64,000 nucleotides of DNA from Candidatus Dormiibacterota bacterium. GTDB lineage: Bacteria; Chloroflexota; Dormibacteria; Aeolococcales; Aeolococcaceae. Made by a program: the position numbers and the translations under genes. Below, in pieces: positions 1 to 9,581 of the stretch. Location: NCBI GenBank assembly GCA_963808125.1, contig CAWEEP010000056.1:19759-83758 (forward strand), given 5' to 3'. How positions within the stretch are numbered: position 1 is the stretch's first letter; the number at the start of each line of letters is the position of its first letter. The notes under the pieces were generated by a model. It worked only from the letters and a program-made list of their open reading frames with translations. It did no database searches and had not been told where the DNA came from.

Positions 1-1280
1 CTCCGGAGGCCGAGCCGGCGTGGCGCGGGGGCACGCCCGCCAGAACGATGTTGAGCAGCGGCGCCACCACCGTGCCCATGCCCAGACCGGTGACCAGGAA
101 GCTGGGGATGAGGTCCCAGCCGGTGAGCCCTGTGCCGGCCGCATGTAGGGTGAGCATGATGGCGGCGATCCCCACCACCATCGTGGAGGCGCCCGCGGTG
201 ATGGTCCACTTGCCGAACCGCGGCGCCAGCCGGGTCGACATGATGGAGGCGAATGCCGTACCGAGGCTCCAGGGGACCGTGGTGAGCCCGGCGTTGAGGG
301 CACTGAAGCCCAGGCCCACCTGGACCAGGAGGCTGAAGAAGAAGAAGAACGCCGGGATGCCCGCGAGCAGGGTCAGGGAGATGAGCAGGCCGATGCGGAA
401 TGAGGAGATCCCGAAGAGCGAGAGCTGAACCAGCGGGAACGCGCTGGTCGGGAGGGATCGCTCGTAGGCGACGAAGAGGAGGAGGACGAAGGGGCTGATG
501 CCCATGCAGATGAACGTCCAGAGGGGCCAGCCGGCCACCTGCCCCTCCACCAGGGGGTAGACGAGGAGCACCAGACCCGCGGTGGCGATGCCGGCGCCGA
601 CGAGGTCGAGCCGGGTGGCGTTGGGAGCGCGAGAACTCGTTGACGACCCGGGAGGCCGCCACGAGCGCCACGATCCCAATTGGCAGGTTGACGAGGAAGA
701 TCCAGCGCCACGACCCGCCGGTGAGGTCATTGCGGATGATGAGGCCGCCGACCAGTGGGCCGGCAATGGTGGCGATCCCGATGACTGCGCCCAGGTACCC
801 GAAGACGCGCGCCCGCTCGTACGCAGGGAATGTGACCTGCACGATGCTGAGCACCTGTGGGTACATCAGCGCAGCCATCCCGCCCTGGAGGATGCGGGAG
901 AGGTCGAGCATCAGCGGGCTCTGTGCCAGCCCGCAGAGCGCCGATGCCAGCACGAATCCACCCATGCCCACCATCAAGAGACGCTTGCGTCCGTAGATGT
1001 CACCGAGACGTCCACCGGTGATAAGGGTCACCGCATAGGCGAGTCCGTAGCCTGCGACGACGAACTGGATGTCGGCGTCGTTGGCCGCAAGATTGGTCCG
1101 GATGGCGGGAATGGCCACACTCACGATGGAGACGTCGAGCAGCGCCATGAAGAGGGCGGTCAGCACGGTGGCGAGTGCGACCCATCGGCGGGGATCGGGA
1201 GCCTCGCGCCAGGCCTGACCGGCGTCGGAGGTCGCCGTTGTGTCGAACTCGCTGGCCGCGGACGCGGGGAGCGCGCTCAT
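1..1280 (-). CDS. MFS transporter, DHA2 (EmrB/QacA)-like; 3' end runs off the window; one frameshift near 630-650
   Basis: Reverse translation from the ATG at 1280 gives MSALPAS..WVALATVLTALFMALLDVSIVSVAIPAI..GGRLGDIYGRKRLL (MFS motif-A-like), followed by more TM helices. The frame hops between ..RVVNEFS and APNATRLDLVGAGIATAGLVLLVYPLVEGQ... It is absent from the ORF track because it is open at the window edge. Confidence 0.8.
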   Translation of the reverse strand, partial: MSALPASAASEFDTTATSDAGQAWREAPDPRRWVALATVLTALFMALLDVSIVSVAIPAIRTNLAANDADIQFVVAGYGLAYAVTLITGGRLGDIYGRKRLLMVGMGGFVLASALCGLAQSPLMLDLSRILQGGMAALMYPQVLSIVQVTFPAYERARVFGYLGAVIGIATIAGPLVGGLIIRNDLTGGSWRWIFLVNLPIGIVALVAASRVVNEFSRSQRHPARPRRRRHRHRGSGAPRLPPGGGAGGRLAPLDVHLHGHQPLRPPPLRRLRAIPPDQRVPAGSALALRDLLIPHRPAHLPDPARGHPGVLLLLQPPGPGGPGLQCPQRRAHHGPLEPRYGIRLHHVDPAGAAVRQVDHHRGRLHDGGGDRRHHAHPTCGRHRAHRLGPHPQLPGHRSGHGHGGGAAAQHRSGGRAPAPRRLGLR

Positions 1281-1384
1281 GCTCCATCTCCAGGGACAAG
1301 GTGCATTAGTTGACTCTAAGGGTCCCCGTCCGCTCCGTCAAACCGCCTGTGTGCGCGAGAACCCGGGTACCGCCCGGCAACTCG

Positions 1385-1600
1385 CTGAAGCCGGGCGGGG
1401 CGCTGGTGTCGGACGCCGACGTGGCCGTCGAGCACGAGATCCGGGCACGCCTCGAGCTGGAAAGGCCGCCCCGGGAGCCCTCTTTACCGAGGCGGGCGGG
1501 GCGATCACCGACCTGCGCGACGCCCCGCGCAATCGACGGAGGCTCCGCCTGGTGGCCCGCGCCGGTCTCCATGCCGAGATGCTGGGCACGGCCACGTCCC
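1385..1600 (+). pseudogene. inositol-monophosphatase-family remnant (internal deletion plus frameshift)
   Basis: An N-terminal-like piece, GGALVSDADVAVEHEIRARLELERP, is joined directly in another frame to a C-terminal-like piece, TEAGGAITDLRDAP...LVARAGLHAEMLG. The catalytic middle of the family is missing. Confidence 0.3.
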
Positions 1601-1748
1601 GGGTTCAAGCCCCGGCCCGCCCCCGCCGCGCCGCGGTCGGAGAGGCGACCCCCGTCGCCGTACTGGGCTGACCAGGCCGGGTCCCGCCAGCCGAACCGAC
1701 CGGCCCGGCTTTCCAAGCCCCCGTTCTCTGTGGCAGGATCTCGCGCCG

Positions 1749-3065
1749 ATGCCACTTCCCGGCTTCCGATTCCTGCCTCCGCAGGGACCTCCGCTCCCGG
1801 CCGTCGCGGCCAACGACCCCTCCCAACACTCGCCGGGCCTCATCCGCCTCGGCGTCGATACGCTGCGCAACCAGTTCTTCGACATCGCCGTTCCGGAGGG
1901 CATCGTCCAGCACGTCACCCTGCTGGGTCTCACCGGCACCGGGAAGACGACCACGGCCGAGCGCCTGGCGGAGGGCGCCGTCGCCTCCGGCGTCCCCCTC
2001 GTGGTCATCGACGCCAAGGGAGCCGGCCTGCGCGACCGGGCGAGGCGCCTCGCCGCCGCCCAGGGTCTCCCCCACCGTGAGGTGGTTCCCGGCGCGCCGG
2101 GGACGCTCGGCTACAACCCCTGCGCGCTGGGGTCGCGCGCACAGGTCGCCGACAAGCTGGTCTCCGCCTTCACGCACGGGCCGGGCGCGGAGATCTACCG
2201 CAACATCGCCTCCGAGGCGATCTCCATCCTCGCCGGGATCCTGCAAGCGCTCGGCGAACCCGTCACCATCCGCCGGCTGCGGCGGGAACTGGACCGCACC
2301 CGGATGCCCGGACTCGGCCACCGAGCGCGCGACATCACCCCGGACCTCGCCGACGACCTCGTCGACCTGGCCAAGCGCGGAGGGGTGACGGCGGACGCCC
2401 TGGAGGGGATGCGAGCGCGCCTCGGAGCCCTCCTCCACGGCGAATACGGGGAGATCGTCGACCGGGACGGACCCTGCCTCGACCTGCCCGCCGCGCTCTC
2501 CGTGCCCGGCATCACCTACGTCAGCCTGCCGGCGCTGGCGGTCAGCCAGGACACGGCGCTGATGGCGAGGGTGCTCATCCAGGACCTCAAGCAGGCGGCA
2601 TTCCAGCGGCTGCAGGGCCCGGGTGCCCGTCCCGCCATGCTGGTGCTCGACGAGTTCGCCGCCCTGGGTGACCCGGCGCAGATCAACGACCTGCTGCGCC
2701 AGGCCCGCGAGGCGCGCGTCTGCACCGTGGTCAGCACGCAGCAGCTTCCCGACCTGCGCGCCGCCCATGCCCTGCACGGCGCCCTGCTCGGCGCCGGCGT
2801 GCTCATCGCCCATCGCGTCGGCCACGACGACGCCGAGGCTGTCGCGCGCGTGATCGGGGTGGAGCCGGCCGTGCAAGTCACGCGCACCGTCGACGCCGGC
2901 CACGACACCGGACGCCGGACGGTGCGTGCCATGGACCGCCATATCGTCGACCCCAACCTCATGAAGCAGCTGCGCACCGGCGAGGCGGTGGCGCTGTGCG
3001 CCGCCGGCGAACGGCGGGTCGCCTGCATCTCCGTCCTGCGACCGTCCACGCCGGACACGGCGTGA
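1749..3065 (+). CDS. VirD4/TraD/TraG-like (type IV coupling-protein-type) P-loop ATPase without a TM anchor
   Basis: 438 aa ORF. It has Walker A GLTGTGKTT, Walker B MLVLDEFAALG and VSTQQLPDL (TraG-D_C / TraM-recognition-like C-terminal half). No hydrophobic N-terminus. Confidence 0.7.
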   Translation: MPLPGFRFLPPQGPPLPAVAANDPSQHSPGLIRLGVDTLRNQFFDIAVPEGIVQHVTLLGLTGTGKTTTAERLAEGAVASGVPLVVIDAKGAGLRDRARRLAAAQGLPHREVVPGAPGTLGYNPCALGSRAQVADKLVSAFTHGPGAEIYRNIASEAISILAGILQALGEPVTIRRLRRELDRTRMPGLGHRARDITPDLADDLVDLAKRGGVTADALEGMRARLGALLHGEYGEIVDRDGPCLDLPAALSVPGITYVSLPALAVSQDTALMARVLIQDLKQAAFQRLQGPGARPAMLVLDEFAALGDPAQINDLLRQAREARVCTVVSTQQLPDLRAAHALHGALLGAGVLIAHRVGHDDAEAVARVIGVEPAVQVTRTVDAGHDTGRRTVRAMDRHIVDPNLMKQLRTGEAVALCAAGERRVACISVLRPSTPDTA

Positions 3066-4138
3066 TCCGGCCGCCAGCCGCCCCCGGCCGGGCGGTGGGC
3101 TTGCCCGCCACCGCGGACTGGCTGCTGGCCGGCCTGCGACGCCGCTGGGGCGCCGCCCTGGTGACGCTCTTCTGCACCTGGTCGGGGCTGTGGCTGGCGG
3201 TGTGGCTGGTGGCCGTCACCGCCGTCCTCGATGCCCTCCTCACCTTCATCGCCCTGGTTCTGACGGGGGGCGGGATCACTTCGGGCCCGGGTGGCAGTGC
3301 TGTCTCGACCGCCGCCGGTGCGCTCTCCGGCGTGATCTCGGCGCTCATCACCGCGCTCGCGGCGGTGTTCACCGACGACCCGCTCCAGCTCCTTGCCGCC
3401 ATGGCGCTGGGGCTGGCCATCTCCCTGGCGCTGCTGGGCGCGATGATCGGCTTCGAGCCCTGGCTTCTGCGGCTTCGCGGATACCGCCGCATGAGCCGGC
3501 GCGAGGCGGCGCGGCTCGTGCCCCTGCTGGAGGGGGCGGCGCGCGACCTCCGCCTCGGCGACCTGCCCCTGGTGTCGATGAGCGACGGCGGCTCGCTGAC
3601 CGCGATCGCCGCGCACTGCCGCCACCTCGTCGTCAGCCGCGCCCTCTGCGACGAGATCGGCGACGAGCCGCTGGCCGGCGTGCTGGCCCACGACCTGTGG
3701 CACTGGGCGGTGGGGGATGCTGTGGGCGACCGGTTGGTCCTCGCCTGCGGCCTGCCGCTTCTCCTTCTGTACGAGGCGGGGGCATGGCTGGCGCGTCGCG
3801 GCGGGGGACTGCTCGCCGCCCTCGGCTGGACGGTTCTCTGGCCGGCGTGGGTACTCGTCCGCCTCATCATCCGGCCGGTCATGGCGAGGGGCACGCGCCG
3901 CCAGGAATACGCGGCGGACGCGGCGGTCGTCGCCACCGGCCGGGGACCGGCCCTGCACCAGGCGCTCACCTTCCTCGGTGAGTTCGAACCGGGCCGCTCC
4001 GGGTGGGATCAGATAATCGCCGCCACCCACCCGCCACGGGAGCTGCGCCTCGAGGCTCTCGAACCGGGACCGGAGTCGAGTGTCATGGGCCGCGCATCGG
4101 CCATCGACACCGCCGCGCCGGGGTGGCCCGCCCGCTAG
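3062..4138 (+). CDS. polytopic membrane protein with HtpX/M48-like peptidase domain, HExxH degenerated to HDLWH
   Basis: A GTG at 3062 overlaps the upstream stop (GTGA). There are about 4 N-terminal TM helices, then LAGVLAHDLWHWAVGD, two more TM helices, QEYAADAAVV (third-ligand E..AD motif) and ATHPPRELRLEAL, which is the M48 layout. The ORF track starts it at 2996. Confidence 0.6.
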   Translation: MIRPPAAPGRAVGLPATADWLLAGLRRRWGAALVTLFCTWSGLWLAVWLVAVTAVLDALLTFIALVLTGGGITSGPGGSAVSTAAGALSGVISALITALAAVFTDDPLQLLAAMALGLAISLALLGAMIGFEPWLLRLRGYRRMSRREAARLVPLLEGAARDLRLGDLPLVSMSDGGSLTAIAAHCRHLVVSRALCDEIGDEPLAGVLAHDLWHWAVGDAVGDRLVLACGLPLLLLYEAGAWLARRGGGLLAALGWTVLWPAWVLVRLIIRPVMARGTRRQEYAADAAVVATGRGPALHQALTFLGEFEPGRSGWDQIIAATHPPRELRLEALEPGPESSVMGRASAIDTAAPGWPAR

Positions 4139-4828
4139 GTCTGCGTCGGCTCCGCCGCGCCGGCCGCGACGCCGCGGCCGAAGACGCGCCACCCCGCCCA
4201 GCACGCGGCGGCGGCGAGGGCCAATCCGCCGGCGATGTCGGCCAGGTAGTGCTGGTGGACGAGCACGGTCGAGTTCGACGATCAGCAGCGTCCAGATCGC
4301 CACGGGGATGCCGATGCGCCGGTCCCAGCGCCACCAGTGGACCGCGATGATGGTGGACAGTGACGTGTGAAGGCTGGGGAAGTCGTTGTACGGGCGATCG
4401 CCGACATACACGTCGCGAAGCCATCCCACGAGGACTCCGTTCCCGGTCAGGGCGGGGCGCGCCACGTAGGACTGGAGGAGGAAGTAGAAGGCGAAGCTGA
4501 CCAGCCAGGCGATCATCACGGCGACCGCCGCGGAGCGGAGGAGGCGGGCGCGGAAGAGCAGGAAGCCGAGCAGGCTGACGACGAGGAACGGCGTCAGGGA
4601 CAGGTACGGGATGACGAAGATGGGCACCAGCGGGATGTGCTGGTCGAGCGGTGTACGCAGGAAGATCCGGTTGGGACCGTGGTTCAGCGGCTCGTACAGG
4701 AGGCTGACGGCGTACGCGACGACGACCAGCGCGAGGGTCGCCGGGGCTGCCATCCTCGGTTCGCCAAAGACCCCCCGGCGCAGCTGGGCCCGCAGCCACA
4801 AGGTGATGCGTGACAACCGATTCACCAC
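4135..4828 (-). CDS. PAP2-superfamily membrane phosphatase (frameshift about 4274)
   Basis: The N-terminal part of ORF 2516..4828 reads ..RPYNDFPSLHTSLSTIIAV... After IAIWTLLIV the frame must shift to give STVLVHQHYLADIAGGLALAAAACWAGW..PTQT*. The extra base appears to be in an AA/TT dinucleotide at 4274-4275. Its stop converges on the stop of the upstream gene. Confidence 0.7.
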
Positions 4829-4963
4829 GCGGACTGGTACGTCGGCGGGTCGATCGCGGTTGCCGCAGGCGGCGCAGAGACCTCCCGTTCAGATGAGGAC
4901 CACGATGCGGAGCGCGCGGCAGGTGGCGGTCGTCGTCGACCTCTTCGCCGCTGCGCGGCTGCG

Positions 4964-5904
4964 GTGCCAGCCTGCTCCACGGCCGCGGCGCATCACACGC
5001 CATCCGCCCCCGCCACCGCCGGCGTCGAGCCCATGGCCACAGCCACGCCAACGCCGTCGCCGGGCGGAAGCGGTGCCGTGCCTCACATCCTCGTCATCAT
5101 GGAGGAGAACCATGGCTACTCCACGACCGTGGGCGACTGCGGCGCAGGCTCCCGGACCGTATCTCTGCTCGATGGCATCCGAGTACGCATCGCTCACCCG
5201 GTGGTATGGAGTGGAGCACCCCTCGCTCCCCGACTACATCGACCTGGCCTCCGGCGCGGACCAGGGATGCGCCGCCGACACGTGCGCCGGCCTCTACCCG
5301 GCGACGGACCTGGGTGGGCAGCTCCACGGCGGCGGGGATCCCCTGGGCCGCCTACATGGAGTCGATGCCGTCCCCGTGTTCCACCGGCGCGTCCAGCGGT
5401 GAGTACGTGCGCAAGCACAACCCGTTCATCGTCTTCGACGACGTCGCCGGCACCACCGGCTGCGACGGCGTTGAGCTGCCCTACCCGGGGGCCGCCGGCA
5501 TCGCGGCCGTCCTCGACGCGCCGGGGGCGCCCGACTTCGTGTGGATCACCCCCAATCTCCTCGACGACATGCACGACGGCACCGTCCAGGAGGGTGACCG
5601 GTGGCTGAGGACGAATCTGGCACCCATCCTCAGCTCGGCGTGGTTCGCCGACGACGGCACCGTCATCGTCACCATGGACGAGAACGACGACCAGCCGGGG
5701 GGAGCCTGCTGCGGGGACGCCCACGGCGGCGTCATCCCCATGGTCGTCATCTCCGAGAACAGTCTCGGCAGGGGCAGCACCGGACTGGTCGGCGATCACT
5801 TCGGCACCCTCCGCAGCATCGAGGAGGTGTACGGGCTTCCTCTCCTCGGTGCCGCGTCCAACGCGGCCAACGGGGACATCAGCGGGCTGCTCGGCTCCTC
5901 GTAG
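4964..5904 (+). pseudogene. phosphoesterase-family protein (AcpA/phospholipase-C type), at least 2 frameshifts; start uncertain (4893-5033)
   Basis: The protein is split across three frames: VPHILVIMEENHGYSTTVG (ORF 4964..), YLCSMASEYASLTRWYGVEHPSLPDYIDLASG (ORF 4611..) and IPWAAYMESMP..YVRKHNPFIVFDD..VWITPNLLDDMHDG (ORF 5206..5904). Confidence 0.65.
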
Positions 5905-5956
5905 GCGCACCCACCGGGTCGCCCGCCGAGCCGTCCGGGAGCCACAATCGTCAACC

Positions 5957-6952
5957 ATGGACGATACCGCCTTCCTGGCAGACCACTTGGGCGCGGTGCG
6001 CGCCGCGGCAGCGCGGATCTCCGGCCACGTCCGGCACCCCCCGCTCCTCTCCGCCGCCGACATCGGCGAGGCCGGGGACGACGTGATGGTCAAACCGGAG
6101 CTGCTGCAGCCGACCGGTTCGTTCAAGGTGCGGGGCGCCTTCAACGCCGCCCTCGCCCTGCTGGAGCGCTCCCCGGACAGCCCCGGTCTCATCACCGTCA
6201 GCTCCGGCAACCACGGCCAGGCGGTGGCCCTGGCGGCGGCCCGGCTCGGCCTGCGCTGCGTCGTCGTCATGCCCGAGGGGTCCAATCCCGTGAAGGTCGC
6301 GGCGGTGGCGGCCCTCGGCGCCGAGGTGGTCAGCCAGGGCGTCACCGGCGAGAACCGCGAGCAGCGGGTCCTGGAGGTGATGGAACAGACCGGCCTGGAC
6401 TTGATCCATCCCTTCGACGCGTGGGACACCATCCACGGCCAGGGGACGGTCGGCCTCGAGGTGCTCGACGGCTGTCCGGACCTGGGCATGGTGGTCACCC
6501 CCGTGGGCGGCGGTGGCCTGATCTCCGGCTGCGCCATCGCCGTGAAGGCTGCCCGGCCCGCAGTCCGGGTGGTCGGGGTGGAGCCGGAGCTCGCCGCCGA
6601 CGCCGTGGCCTCGAAGCGCAGCGGGCAGCGGCAGCACCTGGAGCACGCCCCGGCGACCATCGCGGACGGGTTGCGCAGCCTGGCCATCGGCGAGCGCGGA
6701 TTCGAGGTGACCGTCGAGCGGGGGCTCGTCGACGACATCGTCACCGTGACCGAGGCGGAGATCGAATCGGCGATGCTCACCGCCTGGACCCGTCTCCACC
6801 TGGTGGTCGAGCCGTCGGGTGCCGTACCCCTTGCGGCGCTCCTCGCCGGCCGGCTTCCCGCCGCCCCATCCGGCTCGCGCATCGTGCTCGTGTTGAGCGG
6901 GGGAAACGTCGACCCCACCCTGGCGGCCCGGCTGCTCAGCCGTCCCGGCTGA
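5957..6952 (+). CDS. PLP-dependent threonine/serine dehydratase-family enzyme
   Basis: The ATG at 5957 lies inside ORF 5849..6952. Motifs seen: KPELLQPTGSFKVRGA (PLP lysine motif), SSGNHGQA and GGGGLISG glycine loop. Confidence 0.85.
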   Translation: MDDTAFLADHLGAVRAAAARISGHVRHPPLLSAADIGEAGDDVMVKPELLQPTGSFKVRGAFNAALALLERSPDSPGLITVSSGNHGQAVALAAARLGLRCVVVMPEGSNPVKVAAVAALGAEVVSQGVTGENREQRVLEVMEQTGLDLIHPFDAWDTIHGQGTVGLEVLDGCPDLGMVVTPVGGGGLISGCAIAVKAARPAVRVVGVEPELAADAVASKRSGQRQHLEHAPATIADGLRSLAIGERGFEVTVERGLVDDIVTVTEAEIESAMLTAWTRLHLVVEPSGAVPLAALLAGRLPAAPSGSRIVLVLSGGNVDPTLAARLLSRPG

Positions 6953-7090
6953 TTCGGCGGCCGGCCGGGGTGCCCCGGCGGCTTCGCCATGGCGGCGGCG
7001 GCGCCCGATCGGCGATGCTTGTCGGCGCCGGGCGGCCAGGGGCGATCGAACCCCGCGAGCCGCCGGAAGCGCCGCTGGAGGGCAACGATC

Positions 7091-7965
7091 GTGAAGCTGG
7101 GTGTCCACGTCTCGGATTTCACCTGGCCGGGCGGGCCGCAGCATCTGGGTGAGAACCTCGCCGCGGTGGGCCGGGCGGCCGACGCGGCCGGTTTCGACCG
7201 CCTCAGCGTCATGGACCACGTGTGGCAGATCAGCCACCTGGGACCGCCCGAGCACGAGATGCTGGAAGTCGTACACCACCCTCGGATTCCTGGCGGGTCA
7301 CACTCACGGATCGAACTGCTCACCCTGGTCACCGGCGTCGTGTACCGCTCGCCAGGCCTGCTCGCCAAGATGGTCACCACCCTGGACGTGCTCTCCGGCG
7401 GCCGGGCCATGCTCGGCATCGGCGCCGCCTGGAACGAGGACGAGGCGCGTGGCCTCGGCCTCTTCTTCCCGCCCATCGCCGAGCGCTTCGAGCACCTGGA
7501 GGACACGCTGCGCATCTGCCTGCAGATGTGGAGCGACGACGACGCCCCTTCGCCGGAAGCAACGCCAACCTGGGGCGGACGCTGAACTCGCCGCAGGCGC
7601 TGTCGCGACCCGCACCCGCCGATCCTCATCGGCGGCTCGGGGGAGCGCAAGACGCTCCGCCTGCGTGGCCCGCTACGCGCAGGCGTGCAACCTATTCCTC
7701 ACACCCGACCTCGACCACAAGCTGGACGTGCTGAAGGAGCACTGCGAGCGCGAGGGCCGCGACTACGACGACATCGAGAAGACGGTGCTCTTCAACTTCG
7801 ACGTCGGGGAGCATGGCGAGCGCGCCCGGCGAGGTGATCGAGCAGCTGCAGGGCCTCGCCCAGCGCGGCATCCAGGTCGCCCACGGCGGGGTCAAGGACG
7901 TCTGGAAGATCGAACCGCTGGAGATCATCGGCCGTGAGGTGCTCCCCGCCGTCGCCGGCCTCTGA
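7091..7965 (+). pseudogene. LLM-class (luciferase-like) F420-dependent oxidoreductase, about 5-6 frameshifts
   Basis: It begins VKLGVHVSDFTWPGG..DRLSVMDHV. The pieces YTTLGFLAGHT, RIELLTLVTGVVYRSPGLLAKMVTTLDVLSGGRAMLGIGAAW, HPPILIGGSGERKTLRL, VARYAQACNLF..EHCEREGRDYDDIEKTV and EVIEQLQGLAQRGIQVAHGG..EVLPAVAGL* lie in alternating frames. Confidence 0.7.
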
Positions 7966-8019
7966 CCGACGGGTCGCGGCAGGGCACGACGGACCATCGG
8001 AGGCGCAGCCTGAACGAGC

Positions 8020-8396
8020 CGGGGACAAACTGGCTGTGCTCCTGTCCGCATGGACGGCGATGCTGCGAACGGGCCGCACCGCCGAGCTGGCGGACATCCT
8101 CGGCGGCGACGTCGTCTAGCAGGGACTGCTTCCCGATTTGCGGTGCGACAGCCGGGAGGAGGTGCTGGACATCCTGGCCCGGAACCGCCGCCGGCTCATG
8201 CGGATCGCGCGGGTCGAGGACGAGGAGGCCGGTGACCGTGTTCGCCGTCGAGCGTCGAGAGCCCGACTTCCCCGACGCCCCGGACGGGGTCGCAGGGGCC
8301 GGTCGGGCACTCGTCTTCACCTTCCACGACAGGCGGGTGGCGAGGATGAAGAGCCTGCCCGACAGTGACTCGGCCTTCGCCCGGCTGCTGACCTGA
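8020..8396 (+). pseudogene. NTF2/SnoaL-like small protein, frameshifted
   Basis: The pieces LAVLLSAWTAMLRTGRTAELADILGGDVV, LRCDSREEVLDILARNRRRLMRIARVEDEEAGDRV and VFAVERRE..ALVFTFHDRRVARMKSL lie in three frames. The family call rests on pattern memory only. Confidence 0.3.
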
Positions 8397-8479
8397 GAGC
8401 ATCGCGCCTCCCTCGGACCGGCTGCAGCCGGGGAAACGGTCGACGTGGTGGTGCCCGGTCCGTCGCGACACAGCCGGTG

Positions 8480-9501
8480 TCAGGGGTGCATCCGCAGGTA
8501 GTCGGCGGCCACGCTGCGCAGACGGCGTCGAAGCCGTTCATGGCCTCACCCGGCGGCAGGAACTTCTTGGGAACTTCGCCACCGAGGTGTGAGTTGGTGT
8601 CGACGACGTTGGCCAGCGGGGAGAGCACGCCCTGGCTCACCAGCTGGTACGCATCCATAGCCTCCAGCGTGTAGTCCTCGCCCAGCCAGCGGATCAGGTC
8701 CGTCTGGGCAATGCGGAAGGCGTCCTCCAGGGGACGCGCCGAGCCCGTGGAGATGATGTGGGTCTCCGACTCGATGCGCGGCCACGGGCAGGGGCGGCCC
8801 TTGATCAGGTCGACGGCGATGACCGTGTTCATGGCGCATTCCACCGCCACGCCGCAGGTCTCCCCCTCACCCTGGCGTGCGTGCCCGTCGCCGAGCGAGA
8901 GCAGCGCCCCCTCGACGTTGACGCCGAGATAGCAGGTCACCCCGGCCCGCATCTCGGGGGTGTCCATGTTGCCGCCGAAGGCGTCCGGCACCAGGGCGGA
9001 GCGCACCTCGAGGTTGGCTGGGGCGACCCCCACCGTCCCGTGCATGGGATCCATGGGCAGGGCCACCTGGAAGTCCCCGGAGCGGGCCCGGAAGATGCAG
9101 GTCCCCGCCTTGCGGTCGAGTTCCCAGATCCACACGATCTCCGGCAGCGCCTCGTGCAGAAGGGCGGTCAGATGGGTTGCCGAGAGGGCGCCGAAGAGGG
9201 GCACGGTGGTGGACACCGCCCAATCGCGGGCGGGCTCGATCTTGATGAAGTGCACCGCCACCGTATCCCCCACCTCCGCGCCCTCGATGTAGAAGGGACC
9301 GGTCTGGGGATTGACGAAGGGGAAGTTGCAGACGTCGGAGACCAGGTCGCGCTCGGTGCGCACCTTGCCGTCGAAGCAGTCCTCGGTGAAGAGCTGCAGC
9401 ACGGTGCCGGGTTTGATCCGCCGCAGCGGCTCGACGCCTCCGAATGTCCAGGCGTACTTGCCCGGTGTCGGATCGATGGTGAGAACTTCCAGACCGCTCA
9501 C
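8480..9501 (-). CDS. acetamidase/formamidase-family amidase (frameshift near 8520 alters the C-terminus)
   Basis: ORF 8317..9501 contains GGNMDTPEMRAG, LSLGDGHARQGEGETCG and AIEC-like AVECAM. An alternative frame after ..NGFDAV gives LRSVAADYLRMHP* with a stop at 8480-8482. Confidence 0.8.
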
Positions 9502-9581
9502 GACGTCACCTCAGTGGTGTGGTTTGACGATGGCCGACGATGCACCTTTCCCCCCAACGGGACCCGCCGGCGCCCGACCCC

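Noticed and set aside
5194-7650. 818-aa minus-strand ORF
   Set aside because: It is antisense to the phosphoesterase, dehydratase and LLM genes. The sequence is low-complexity and Arg/Ser/Pro-rich, with no recognisable domain.
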